64,000 nt of DNA from assembly GCA_963765495.1 (NCBI GenBank), contig CAVXWP010000001.1, positions 832,001 through 896,000 of the forward strand, given 5' to 3'. The position numbers and the translations under genes are program-made. This DNA comes from Blastocatellia bacterium (GTDB taxonomy: Bacteria > Acidobacteriota > Blastocatellia > UBA7656). Under the pieces are notes generated by a model. It saw only the letters and a program-made list of their open reading frames with translations, was not told the DNA's origin and made no database searches. This document shows, in pieces, positions 18,099 through 27,862 of this stretch (position 1 is its first letter; every line of letters starts with the position of its first letter).

Positions 18099-21038
18099 AT
18101 GGAACGCGTTCTGAGGTGTTCAATAATAAAAGCCGTAACAATTCTCATCTGTCTGCTGGGCCTGGCCCGGACGGGATTTTCTACTTCGGTCATCATACCT
18201 TCCGACGACGATCTGGTCATAAGCGCCCGCGCCATCGTCACGGGCACAGTGCTTTCGATGGGCACTGGCTTTGACGATGAACAGGAACGCGTATACACCT
18301 ACGTTACTTTGCAGGTCGAGGACGTGCTAAAAGGCGCGATTACCCAGCAAGAGATTATTTTGAAACAGGAGGGCGGTCAGTTCGGAGACCGCGGCGAAAT
18401 TTTATACGGCACTCCCGATTTCAGCGTAGGCGAGCGAGTGCTTGTATATCTGGACACGTGGGCCGACGGAAGCCTTCGGGTTCATCAGATGTTTCTGGGC
18501 AAGTTCTCCATCGTGAAGGACCCGGCGACCGGGCAGGAGATGGCGGTTCGAGCCAGTCTCAGAGACGACGTGGTCACAGTGCCTACGGTCAGCAATAAAG
18601 CAAAAGCGACCAACCGCATGGAGTTGAACGCGTACAAAGAGATGCTGCGCGAGAGGCTCGCGGCAAACCTTGCGCGCTCGACAGAGTTCCAGAATGCCTA
18701 TTATGGAAATGTGCCGATGTATGCTCGCCCGCTCAATTACGATGCGGAGAAGGCGCGGGGAGGCATACTGCCGAGCTTTGTCACGATAAGCCCGCTCAAC
18801 CCGCGATGGTTCGAGCCCGATTCGGGGCTGCCCGTCTCTTTCAAGGTCAACCCTGACAATGCGCCTTACGCGACAGTCAACGATGACATCACGGCGGCGA
18901 TGAACGCGTGGACCCACGTCAACGGGATTCCTCTTGAAGTGATAATAGGCGGCACGACGAGTTCCTGTTCGCCGTCTCTTTCAGAGAACACGATAATCTT
19001 CAACGGATGCGACGGGCGATGGTCGCCAAGCTCAGGTTGTCAGGGCGTACTTGCGCTCGGCGGGTTGAGCTGGACCGGTGCTTCGATAACGATAGAAGGC
19101 ACGACCTTTCGCAAGGCCGCAGCCGGGTTTATATCGTTTAATCCATACACCTGCTACTTCTCGAATCACTGCAACGTTCAGGAAGTCACTACGCACGAGC
19201 TTGGACACGCTCTGGGGCTCGGCCATTCGCAGTTCAGCGTCGCCACGATGTGGGGCGTAGCGCACTTCGACGGGCGTTGTGCTTCAATCAAGCAGGACGA
19301 TATTGACGGGATTTCTTTCCTGTATCCTCCGGCGGGTGGCGGCGGCGGTGGCGGGGGTGGAAGCCCTCTCGCTATCACGACATCTTCTCTGCCTTCGGGC
19401 ACAGTCGGCTCGACCTATTCGCAGAGCCTTGCCGCATCAGGCGGGACGCAACCATACAGTTGGAGTCTTGCAACGGGGTCGGGACCGCTCCCTTCGGGTT
19501 TGAACCTGAGTTCAAGCGGCGTGATAAGCGGAGTGCCCGCGTCAAGCGGCACATCGAGCTTCTCGATAAAGGTTATGGATTCCGCGGGCGCATCTTCGCA
19601 AAAAGCCTTCGCCATCACGGTCAACGGAACATCCTCACAAAACTATGATTCGATATTTTTATCCCAGACCGTGCCGCAGACGCTGCAACCCGGGCAACAG
19701 TTCACCGTCAACCTCAAATGGCAAAACACGGGAACGGCCACGTGGAACGGATACTCCGGGTTCAGGGTGGGGTCACAAAACCCCGCAAACAACGGGACAT
19801 GGGGAGGCAATACCGTGTTGCTGCCCGGATTCGTAATCCCCGCCGGTCAGACGCTCGACCTTTCATTTAACGCTTTTGCGCCAGTCGAGCCCGGCCTCTA
19901 CGATTTTCAGTGGCAACTGGTGCAGGACAACGTGTTTTTTGGCCAGATGTCGTCCAACGCTCAGATAGCGGTAGGAGTGATTACAGATGAGTCTCCGCCT
20001 GCTATGAGCGGTTCTACTTCGCTGACGGCGGTCAAGGCCGTTGCCTTCAGTTATCAGTGGGCCGCAAGCGGCGGCACGCCCCCGTATACGTGGTCAATAG
20101 CGAGCGGCACCGTGCCTGCCGGGCTTGGGCTGAACGCGGCTACGGGCACGTTGTCGGGGACTCCGACCGATACGGGGAATTTCACGGTCGCTGTAAAGGT
20201 GACGGATTCCGCATTCTTAAGCGATCAAAAGACGGTGGCGATCACAGTAGAGCCTCCGCCCGCTGCGCAGATAGAAGTCACCACTTCATCGATCCCGGAT
20301 GCAGGAATTGGAGCGACCTTCATCTTCTCGTTAGAGGCCACAGGCGGCACACCGCCCTACACGTGGTCGATAGCCGGGGGTACGTTCCCTGCCGGATTGA
20401 GCCTGAACTCCACCACGGGCGTAATCTCAGGCGTGGCCGCATCGGCCGGGAATTTCTTATTTACGGTTCAGGTGACTGATTCCGCCTCGCACAAGGCTCA
20501 AAAGGATTTCTCGATCAAGATCAAGCCGGCCCCGCTTTCGATTGACGCGGTGCCGCAGATGGAAGTGATGATGGGAGCGCCCTTATTTTACCAGCCGAAA
20601 GCGAATGGGGGGACGCTGCCTTACACCTGGTCAATGACAGGCGGCGCGCTGCCTGCGGGGGTGGGGCTCAATACGAGCACGGGAACCATAAGCGGGACTC
20701 CGACCGTAAGCGGAACCTTTGATTTCAGCATCAGCGTCAAGGATGGAAATCAGACAAGCGCATCGACAGCGGTGCAGATCAAGGTGATCGACCCGGCAAG
20801 TATACCGCAGATAACCAATGCCAAATACAAACCGGCAGGCAGAAAGCTGATCGTAAAAGGTGAGCGGTTCGACCCGACGGCGAGGGTCAGGGTTGACGGG
20901 GGCGAGATAAATGTCAGCCCGAAGAACAGCCATAAATTTGTGATCAAGCGATTCCCTCTGGATAAGGGACCGCACACCGTTGTCGTAGTCAATTCCAGCG
21001 GAGGCATTTCGCAAAGCGTTACCTTCACTGTCAAATGA
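18099..21038 (+). CDS. Secreted matrixin-like (metzincin) metalloprotease with putative Ig repeats, an NBR1-like domain and a C-terminal IPT-like domain
   Basis: AGGAGG then ATG 18099, signal peptide, HELGHALGLGHS with Met-turn (ATM), poly-Gly linker, four GGT.PY.W Ig repeats, QNTGTATW..QWQLV domain. Confidence 0.85.
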   Translation: MERVLRCSIIKAVTILICLLGLARTGFSTSVIIPSDDDLVISARAIVTGTVLSMGTGFDDEQERVYTYVTLQVEDVLKGAITQQEIILKQEGGQFGDRGEILYGTPDFSVGERVLVYLDTWADGSLRVHQMFLGKFSIVKDPATGQEMAVRASLRDDVVTVPTVSNKAKATNRMELNAYKEMLRERLAANLARSTEFQNAYYGNVPMYARPLNYDAEKARGGILPSFVTISPLNPRWFEPDSGLPVSFKVNPDNAPYATVNDDITAAMNAWTHVNGIPLEVIIGGTTSSCSPSLSENTIIFNGCDGRWSPSSGCQGVLALGGLSWTGASITIEGTTFRKAAAGFISFNPYTCYFSNHCNVQEVTTHELGHALGLGHSQFSVATMWGVAHFDGRCASIKQDDIDGISFLYPPAGGGGGGGGGSPLAITTSSLPSGTVGSTYSQSLAASGGTQPYSWSLATGSGPLPSGLNLSSSGVISGVPASSGTSSFSIKVMDSAGASSQKAFAITVNGTSSQNYDSIFLSQTVPQTLQPGQQFTVNLKWQNTGTATWNGYSGFRVGSQNPANNGTWGGNTVLLPGFVIPAGQTLDLSFNAFAPVEPGLYDFQWQLVQDNVFFGQMSSNAQIAVGVITDESPPAMSGSTSLTAVKAVAFSYQWAASGGTPPYTWSIASGTVPAGLGLNAATGTLSGTPTDTGNFTVAVKVTDSAFLSDQKTVAITVEPPPAAQIEVTTSSIPDAGIGATFIFSLEATGGTPPYTWSIAGGTFPAGLSLNSTTGVISGVAASAGNFLFTVQVTDSASHKAQKDFSIKIKPAPLSIDAVPQMEVMMGAPLFYQPKANGGTLPYTWSMTGGALPAGVGLNTSTGTISGTPTVSGTFDFSISVKDGNQTSASTAVQIKVIDPASIPQITNAKYKPAGRKLIVKGERFDPTARVRVDGGEINVSPKNSHKFVIKRFPLDKGPHTVVVVNSSGGISQSVTFTVK

Positions 21039-21069
21039 ACGGGTGGGAAGAAGGCAATATGGGTGAAGA

Positions 21070-21172
21070 GTGATGCGTGATGCGTGACGCAAGCAGGCTT
21101 GCAAGTTATCTTAAACCTGCGACCTGCCTGAAAGTCACGTATTACGCGTCACGCTTCACGAATCACGTTTCG
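21070..21172. repeat. Heptamer-armed inverted repeat between convergent genes
   Basis: tgatgcg tgatgcg tgacgc ... tcacgta ttacgcg tcacgct tcacgaa tcacg. Confidence 0.7.
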
Positions 21173-21175
21173 CGT

Positions 21176-22135
21176 CTATTTTTCCGGCTGGCTTTCCGAC
21201 AAAGCTTCCAGTCTCTTCGAGCCGTTGCCGCTCTGGTCTATTTTCATCGCGCCGGAGCGAAGATGAAGATCACGTTGCGGGAAGGGAATCTCTACGTTGT
21301 ACTTGCGGAATTGAGCGTCTATCTGAAAATTCACCTTGCTGCGAATGCGGGGATGTTTGTGAGGTTCTTTTATCCAGACCCGTATTTGAAAATCGAGCGA
21401 TGAATCGCCAAACCCGCTAAAATGGACCTGCGGAGGCGGGTCATCCATAACCTCTTCCACATTACGAGCCGCTTCCATCAAGGCGTCTGAAACCACTTTC
21501 AGATCGCTGCCATAGGCCACGCCGATCGGGATATCGAGTCGAACGGTTGGATCACCATAAGACCAGTTTATAAATTTTTCCTGAACCAGCTTTGAATTCG
21601 GAATGATGACGGCAATGTTTTCATTCGTTATAACGAGCGTCGAGCGGATACTGATATTTGCAACGCGGCCTTCTATCTCATCCAGCTTTATGCGGTCGCC
21701 CACGCGGACGGGCCTCTCAAAAAGCAGGATAAAACCCGAGACCATATCGGCGGCGATGTACTGGAGGCCAAAGCCTACGCCTACGGAAAGAAATCCGAGT
21801 ATGACGGCTACGCCGGTCAGGTCTATGCTGAAGCCGACCTTCAATGCGTAGAGGAGGCCGAATGTTATTATCAGGTAATGAGCGATTCTGAGCAGCGTGT
21901 ATTGAAGCCCCGCGTCAAAGGGGAAATTCGGCAATACGCGCTTTCTTAAAAAGCCCCTGGCGTATCGAGAGATCAGCGCGGCGAAGATCAGTATCGCGCC
22001 AAGCAGCACAAGGCTCAAAATAGAGACCTTGAACTGTTCCTGATTTACGAAATTGTAATTCAGAATGTGGAGAATCTTTTGGAGTATAGTATCGCTGAGC
22101 GAGGGTGGCGGTTGGGTGGATTCCTGAAAAATCAA
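21176..22135 (-). CDS. mscS: Small-conductance mechanosensitive channel (MscS family)
   Basis: GVGFGLQ..SGFILLFERPVRVGD, IIPNS, GVAYGSD, FGDSSL, IPFPQRD; start codon uncertain. Confidence 0.88.
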   Translation of the reverse strand: MIFQESTQPPPSLSDTILQKILHILNYNFVNQEQFKVSILSLVLLGAILIFAALISRYARGFLRKRVLPNFPFDAGLQYTLLRIAHYLIITFGLLYALKVGFSIDLTGVAVILGFLSVGVGFGLQYIAADMVSGFILLFERPVRVGDRIKLDEIEGRVANISIRSTLVITNENIAVIIPNSKLVQEKFINWSYGDPTVRLDIPIGVAYGSDLKVVSDALMEAARNVEEVMDDPPPQVHFSGFGDSSLDFQIRVWIKEPHKHPRIRSKVNFQIDAQFRKYNVEIPFPQRDLHLRSGAMKIDQSGNGSKRLEALSESQPEK

Positions 22136-22311
22136 TTGTCAATCTCCCGTTTTTTGGCGGGCTTACGGACCCGCTGTGGATGCCGGATTCAGCAATAATT
22201 CTTAATGAAGCGCCACGTGACTGCCGGTTCAAGAGCAGCATGAATGAACATAGACCCTGACTAATATAGCACTAACGGGTAGCGGTTCTTCAAGTAATGC
22301 GCGGATCAGAC

Positions 22312-22344
22312 AGGGCTGGATAAGGGCTGGATAAGGACTTGATA
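22312..22344. repeat. 11-bp direct repeat x3
   Basis: AGGGCTGGATA AGGGCTGGATA AGGACTTGATA. Confidence 0.7.
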
Positions 22345-22478
22345 CCGGCTGGCGCTGGCACTGGCTTTCTCGGAATTGTTATACTTCTGGCTCACGATAA
22401 GCAGATAATTCATCATAAATCCCTGTTGCGAGGCGCAGCATTCGAATGCTGCCGGGTTAATCTGGAGGAATGTTCAAT

Positions 22479-23000
22479 ATGGCGAAGCAGTCATCGCAGA
22501 CCCGCGAAAGCAAGAAGGCTCAATTTGCCGAGCCAGTTCAACCCAAAAACAAGCTCACGCCTGTTTTGATAGTGATAGCGGCAGCCATGATTGGCGTGGT
22601 CGCTTATCTTATCGTGAGCAGTTCAGGCACTACCGAGGCTCCCGTCGCTTCGAATGCAACTGAGATAAGGATTCCGCTCGCGGATCTGGAGGGGGGCAAG
22701 GCGAAGTTTTTTGATCATACGTTGTCCGACAATAAGCCTGTCCGGTTCTTTGCGATCAAGAGTTCGGACGGCGTTTACCGCGCGGCGCTCGACGCCTGCG
22801 ACGTATGCTTTCACGCCAAGAAAGGTTATCGCCAGGAAGGCGATGACATGGTGTGTAATAATTGCGGATTGAAATTCCATTCCGCCTTGATCAATGAAGT
22901 CCACGGCGGCTGTAATCCGGTCGGGCTGCCTCGCACAATCGAAGGCGATTTTCTGGTTATCAAAACCAGTGAATTGGAGAGCCGGGGCGGCTACTTCTGA
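22479..23000 (+). CDS. DUF2318-type membrane-anchored Cys-rich (Fe-S/metal) protein
   Basis: TM helix, DACDVC, GYRQEGD.MVCNNCG, GGCNP; GGAGG RBS. Confidence 0.8.
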   Translation: MAKQSSQTRESKKAQFAEPVQPKNKLTPVLIVIAAAMIGVVAYLIVSSSGTTEAPVASNATEIRIPLADLEGGKAKFFDHTLSDNKPVRFFAIKSSDGVYRAALDACDVCFHAKKGYRQEGDDMVCNNCGLKFHSALINEVHGGCNPVGLPRTIEGDFLVIKTSELESRGGYF

Positions 23001-23021
23001 AGGATTTGAGATTTGACGGGT

Positions 23022-24254
23022 ATGAGAATCAGCACTATAGCTTTCGCAAATCTGAAACGGCGCAAAGGCAAGGCCGCCTTTCTCGTCATAGGCATAGCCA
23101 TCGGCATAGGTACGGCGGTTGCCCTGTTGAGCCTGAGCGCATCAATAAAAGAAGAGATAGGTTCGCAGCTTGACCGCTTCGGAGCCAACATAGTCGTAGT
23201 GCCGCAATCAAACAGCCTCGCGCTCGATTACGGCGGCATATCGGTCTCAAGCGTCTCATTCGATGTTCATCAATTGAAAAACGAAGACGCCCGAAGCGTG
23301 CTCGATATACCTTATCGCAATCGCCTGAGCATAGTCGCGCCCAAGATTTTAGGCGCGGTCGCAGTCGAGGGGCGCGAGATTCTGGTTGCCGGTGTTGATT
23401 TCGAAAACGAACTGAAGCTCAAACGCTGGTGGCATATCACGGGTGAAACGCCCTCGGCAGAGCAGGACGTGATCGCGGGCTATGAAGTGGCGCGGGCGCT
23501 TTCGATAATCGAGCCGACCGCAGACTCGCATCTTGAAACCGTTTCGCACTCGGATCACGCGGATGTTCAAATTCCCTTCAAACTCGTTCGGGATCAGATT
23601 CAACTTGCCGGTTTCGCTCATCACGTTTCAGGCGTTATCGCACAGACCGGAGGGCCGGAAGACCGCATGATTTTCGGGTCGCTCGCGCACATTCAATCGC
23701 TTTTGGGAAAGCCCGATCAGTTGAGCCTGATCGAGGTGAGCGCGCTGTGCAAAGATTGCCCCGTCACGGATATAGTCGCGCAGATCAGCAACAAACTGCC
23801 GCACGCGAAGGTCTCGGCCATACAGCAATCCGTCCGCGCCCGTACGGAAACCGTCGAGCGGCTGACTCGATTCTCTGCCGTAGTCGCCGCCGTAGTGCTG
23901 GCAATCGGCGCGCTTATGATCTTCACAACCATGACGGGATCAATCGTCGAGCGCACAAAAGAGATAGGCGTCTTGCGCGCCATCGGCTTTCGCAAGACTC
24001 ATATCATCAAGGGGCTGATGATCGAAGTTGCGACCATAAGCATAGCAGGCGGTCTGCTTGGCTGGGTCGCCGGTATTTTTGCGAGCCGCCTGGCACTGCC
24101 TTATTTTGCCGAGACCGATATAGGTTTTCACCTCCAGCCCTCGCTTGCCCTTGCAGCCGTAGGCGCGGGTCTTGTGATAGGCGTACTCAGCAGTTTTTAT
24201 CCGATCATACGCGCCTCGCGGCTCGACCCCTCCGAATCGGTCCGCTACGTTTGA
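23022..24254 (+). CDS. ABC transporter permease (FtsX/MacB type)
   Basis: GANIVVVP, ERTKEIGVLRAIGF, four TM helices, ALCKDCP in the periplasmic domain. Confidence 0.88.
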   Translation: MRISTIAFANLKRRKGKAAFLVIGIAIGIGTAVALLSLSASIKEEIGSQLDRFGANIVVVPQSNSLALDYGGISVSSVSFDVHQLKNEDARSVLDIPYRNRLSIVAPKILGAVAVEGREILVAGVDFENELKLKRWWHITGETPSAEQDVIAGYEVARALSIIEPTADSHLETVSHSDHADVQIPFKLVRDQIQLAGFAHHVSGVIAQTGGPEDRMIFGSLAHIQSLLGKPDQLSLIEVSALCKDCPVTDIVAQISNKLPHAKVSAIQQSVRARTETVERLTRFSAVVAAVVLAIGALMIFTTMTGSIVERTKEIGVLRAIGFRKTHIIKGLMIEVATISIAGGLLGWVAGIFASRLALPYFAETDIGFHLQPSLALAAVGAGLVIGVLSSFYPIIRASRLDPSESVRYV

Positions 24255-24268
24255 GGAAGTCCAACAGC

Positions 24269-24955
24269 GTGTCTTTTCTGCTAATTGAAAATGTCGGCAA
24301 GACTTACAGCGAAGACGGGCAGTCTTCGAGCGTGCGAGTGCTTTCAAACGTCACGGCCGAGATCGAAGAGGGCGAATTCGTCTGTCTGATGGGGCCTTCG
24401 GGTTCGGGCAAAAGCACGCTGCTTACGGTCGTAGGCGCGATGAACCACCCGACCGAGGGACGCGTCGTCGTAGACGACATCGATGTGTATGCATTGCCTG
24501 ATGAGCGCCGGGCAGATTTTCGCCGCGAGTATCTCGGTTTCGTATTTCAGCAGCATCACCTGATGCCTTATCTGAACACGATTGAAAACGCCATGCTCCC
24601 GCTTGCCACAGTGAATCTCGGCGCAAAACAGAAGCGAGAGCAGGCCGCAGAGGTGCTTGAGCGGGTCGGCCTCGCCGATAAAGCGCGGCGGCTGCCCAAT
24701 CAGCTCTCAGGCGGAGAGCAGGGACGGCTGGCCATCGCCCGCGCCATTATCAATAACCCTCCTTTGATACTTGCAGACGAGCCTACGGGCGCGCTCGATA
24801 CGCAAACGGGGCGCGAAGTGATGGAAGTATTTTTGAAACTCAACAAACAGGGACAGACTATCTTTATGGTCACGCACAACCCCGAAAACGCTATGCTTGC
24901 GCATCGAACAATAAACATCAAAGACGGGCGGATAGTCTCAGATGAGCGCATCTGA
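24269..24955 (+). CDS. ABC transporter ATP-binding protein (LolD/MacB type)
   Basis: GPSGSGKST, LSGGE, LADEPTG, VTH; GAGG then GTG at 24269. Confidence 0.92.
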   Translation: MSFLLIENVGKTYSEDGQSSSVRVLSNVTAEIEEGEFVCLMGPSGSGKSTLLTVVGAMNHPTEGRVVVDDIDVYALPDERRADFRREYLGFVFQQHHLMPYLNTIENAMLPLATVNLGAKQKREQAAEVLERVGLADKARRLPNQLSGGEQGRLAIARAIINNPPLILADEPTGALDTQTGREVMEVFLKLNKQGQTIFMVTHNPENAMLAHRTINIKDGRIVSDERI

Positions 24956-26251
24956 TCAGGCGGGCAAGCCTGAGTGAATCGCTTTTTCCACCGCCTCGCA
25001 GAAAGTGTCTATCTCTTCCACCGTGGTGTAGACATTCGGCGTAACTCTGATGCCGTTGAATTCTTCGTGGCCTATGGGTGTGACTATGATTCTGTACTGC
25101 TGCCAGAGGTGAGCGCCGAGTTTATAGTGATCCATTCCTTCTATGTGAAAATTGGCCAGCCCGCAAGATTGCTGTGGGTCGTAGGGCGTAAGGAGTCGCA
25201 CTCCTTCCATCTTCTCAAGCCTTCGCGCCCAGCGGTCTTTCAGATAGCGCAACCGCGCGGCCTTGCGCTCGCTTCCTATCCCTTCGTGAAAGGTGAGAGC
25301 CTCCGATATAGCATTGTGATTGGCCGCCGGGTGTGTGCCTATCTCTTCAAACTTGCGGATGTTATCATCCGATTTCTCATCGGCCGCCATCAGAGGCCAC
25401 AGCTTTTTGATCTTCGATTTCCTCACGTAAAGAAACCCGGTTCCGTGCGGCGCAAGCAGCCATTTGTGCAGGCTCGTGCCGTAGAAATCGCAATCCAGGT
25501 CTTCGTGCTTGAAGGGGAAGTGCGCGAATGCGTGCGCGCCGTCTACGATTACCTCGATGCCGCGTTCGCGCGCCATGCGGCAAATCTGCTTGATAGGAAA
25601 AATCTGACCCGTGAGGTTTGTGATGTGGCAGACCAGTATGACTTTTGTGCGCGGCGTCAATGCCCGCACGAATCGCTCGTAAAGATCATCCATCGAAGGG
25701 GGCGGCACGGGAAACGAGATCATCCTGAGCTTTACGCCTTCTCTCCGCTCGCGCTGCCGCCAGCTTGTGAGCATCCTCGGGTAATCCTGATTAGTGGTTA
25801 GTATTTCATCGCCCGCTTTGAGGTCGAGGCCGAAGATGCAGTTTTCGAGTGATTCGCTTGCATTTCGAGTGATGGCTATCTCTTCCGGGTCGCATCCGAA
25901 CATTGCGGCAAGGCGGCGGCGGACGCTTTCGACTTCGGGTTCGAGCACCTGCCACATATTTATAGTTGGAGCCTGATTTGAAAATTCAAGATAGCGGCGC
26001 ATCGCCTCCTGCACGATGCGAGGCGAAGGGCTGACGCCTCCGTTGTTGAGATTGATGAGCGAGCGATCAACGGTAAATGCCTGTTGAATCTCGCGCCAGA
26101 AATCTTCGTTGCTTGCGATATCTTCGGGAGATACGCGGCTCGCGCTGCGCGAGGCCGCAAATATCCGCTCGATACCTCCTTCCCGAAAAGAAGCCGTGAG
26201 CATCGCTGTTGCGCCGCCAAGAGTTCTCAAGAAGCCTCGCCTTGTAAACAT
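24956..26251 (-). CDS. Tat-exported class V PLP aminotransferase (CefD / C-S lyase-like)
   Basis: TRRGFL Tat motif, NLNNG, DGAH, SLHKW. Confidence 0.85.
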   Translation of the reverse strand: MFTRRGFLRTLGGATAMLTASFREGGIERIFAASRSASRVSPEDIASNEDFWREIQQAFTVDRSLINLNNGGVSPSPRIVQEAMRRYLEFSNQAPTINMWQVLEPEVESVRRRLAAMFGCDPEEIAITRNASESLENCIFGLDLKAGDEILTTNQDYPRMLTSWRQRERREGVKLRMISFPVPPPSMDDLYERFVRALTPRTKVILVCHITNLTGQIFPIKQICRMARERGIEVIVDGAHAFAHFPFKHEDLDCDFYGTSLHKWLLAPHGTGFLYVRKSKIKKLWPLMAADEKSDDNIRKFEEIGTHPAANHNAISEALTFHEGIGSERKAARLRYLKDRWARRLEKMEGVRLLTPYDPQQSCGLANFHIEGMDHYKLGAHLWQQYRIIVTPIGHEEFNGIRVTPNVYTTVEEIDTFCEAVEKAIHSGLPA

Positions 26252-26312
26252 GATCGCCTCCTGTATGGGGGTTTTAAGAAATGCGGCAGGATTTTATCAC
26301 AATAAAATCCCT

Positions 26313-27062
26313 TCACCGAAACAAATCCAGTTCCGGTCGCCGGATCAATTCGGCGGCGCTCGCCTCTCTCGCCTCGTAATCGAATCCGCGCACTATCGCG
26401 ACGGGCACGCCGAGACTTTTTCCCGTCACGAGTTCTGCGGCCGAAGCCAGTTCATCGGCCACCGCCAGAACCGTGACCCTCAGCAATTGCCCGTGCGAAT
26501 CCAACTGCCCTCGATAATCGGTCAAAGGCGCTATCCCTGAGACTCCGAGCGCGACATTGACAAGCCCTTCGCGCCACGGACGTCCGAAGGTATCAGAGAC
26601 GATGACCGCCAGACGAACGCCGAAAACCGCTTCGAGTCTTGCGCGTATCAGTTGCGCTGATTCATCCGGGTTTTCCGGGAGCAGCACGACCGTTCCTTCT
26701 GCTGTATTCGATGTGTCTACACCGGCATTTGCGCAAACAAAGCCGTGATGAGTCTCTGAAATAATCAGGCCGCGCTCCATTCTCACTATTCGCCGGGTCT
26801 GATTGAGGACCACCTCTACGACGCGCGCGTCCTTGCCGTACTCATCGGCCCACCTGCGAGCGAGTGGCGACGGGTTCACCGAATCGAGCCGAAGGATGCG
26901 GCCCTCGGCCTTCGAGACTATTTTTTGCGCGATCACAAAGACATCGCGATCCTTGATTACGGCGGACGACCTCCGCGCGGCATCCGCGATCAGTGAAGGC
27001 AGGTCGTCGCCCTCAGATATTTCGGGCAGACCCGCGAGCCCCGTAATCGTGATTTCAGCCAT
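26313..27062 (-). CDS. cofE: Coenzyme F420-0:L-glutamate ligase
   Basis: PEISEGDDL, QKIVSKAEG, CANAGVDTSN, SDTFGRPWREG, ADELASAAEL, DLFR; no C-terminal nitroreductase domain. Confidence 0.92.
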   Translation of the reverse strand: MAEITITGLAGLPEISEGDDLPSLIADAARRSSAVIKDRDVFVIAQKIVSKAEGRILRLDSVNPSPLARRWADEYGKDARVVEVVLNQTRRIVRMERGLIISETHHGFVCANAGVDTSNTAEGTVVLLPENPDESAQLIRARLEAVFGVRLAVIVSDTFGRPWREGLVNVALGVSGIAPLTDYRGQLDSHGQLLRVTVLAVADELASAAELVTGKSLGVPVAIVRGFDYEAREASAAELIRRPELDLFR

Positions 27063-27114
27063 GACGCTTTTTGACAGGATCAACAAGATTAACAGGAATC
27101 CCGTCAAATCCCTT

Positions 27115-27771
27115 CTAAATCCTGTCAACACGGTCAAAGATTCCCATCCTGACAAGCGTATTGAAAGTTTCTGTGCCCCGCCCTGCCTCTAAAAATAATT
27201 TCAGATCGGCCGGATCATCAATATCGAGCGCGATTCTTGGATTGGTTACGACCACGCACCGACTGCCCGCGCGAGCGGCTTCTTCCTTGTGCAATGCGAG
27301 CGAATTCGGGCCGAAGCGCGAAGGGAATAAATCGGCCGGGGCGCGAACGATGGCGTTTGTTCCCGTTCCGTCACGCGAAGGCACAAGCAGGGTGGCGGGC
27401 GCTCTGAGTTCTGTTGCCAGCAATTCGTCCACGTCTTCGGCCCTCACGAGCGGTATGTCTGCGGGCAGCCTCATCACGGCGTCAAATCCCTGTCGACGGA
27501 GTCTTCGCGAGGCCCAGTCTATCGAGGCGCTTTCCGAATCCTGAGTCTCTTCCCTCAGCACTTCCCACCCAAGGTTGCGGGCGCGCTCGATTGCTGCATC
27601 AAAGCTTGTGACGATAAAGATTCGGTCGGCTTCTTTCGCCCCGGTAACAGCGCGACTGACATCTTCAAACATAGCCCATGCCAGATGCCGCCTTTCATCT
27701 GCCGATAGCAACCGGTCAAGGCGCGTCTTTGCCCGCACAGGCTCTTTAATTGGAATCAGTAATGCTTTCAT
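27115..27771 (-). CDS. cofC: 2-phospho-L-lactate/PEP guanylyltransferase
   Basis: IPIK...AKTRL, AMFEDV, PADIP, DGTGTNA, FGPNS..H, DIDDPADL. Confidence 0.9.
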   Translation of the reverse strand: MKALLIPIKEPVRAKTRLDRLLSADERRHLAWAMFEDVSRAVTGAKEADRIFIVTSFDAAIERARNLGWEVLREETQDSESASIDWASRRLRRQGFDAVMRLPADIPLVRAEDVDELLATELRAPATLLVPSRDGTGTNAIVRAPADLFPSRFGPNSLALHKEEAARAGSRCVVVTNPRIALDIDDPADLKLFLEAGRGTETFNTLVRMGIFDRVDRI

Positions 27772-27779
27772 CCATCAAG

Positions 27780-27862
27780 TTTGAGTTTTGAATTATGAGT
27801 TTTGAGTTTTGAATTTTCACGACGACGCGCTAATTCAAAACTCAAAACTCATAATTCAAAAC
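27780..27862. repeat. Heptamer-armed inverted repeat (TGAGTTT)n / (AACTCAA)n overlapping the cofD stop
   Basis: tgagttt tgaatta tgagttt tgagttt tgaattt ... aattcaa aactcaa aactcat aattcaa. Confidence 0.75.

Noticed and set aside
19333-19362. GGC-rich run as a contingency repeat
   Set aside because: It encodes an in-frame poly-Gly linker with mixed codons between the protease and Ig domains
22396-22420. Fur-box-like GATAAG/GATAAT hexamers upstream of DUF2318
   Set aside because: Spacing and symmetry do not fit the 19-bp consensus well enough
23747-24268. Long N-terminal extension of the ABC ATPase in the ORF track
   Set aside because: It overlaps the permease in another frame and reads as low-quality sequence; RBS + GTG at 24269 gives a normal-size ATPase
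24956-26251. Cysteine desulfurase or selenocysteine lyase linked to the selenoprotein
   Set aside because: It lacks the C-terminal catalytic Cys loop of SufS/IscS, is Tat-exported and lies 20 kb away
27063-27155. Hydrophobic N-terminal extension on CofE (LTGFLLILLILS)
   Set aside because: It is the translation of the nonamer repeat, not a signal peptide; the enzyme begins MAEITI at 27062
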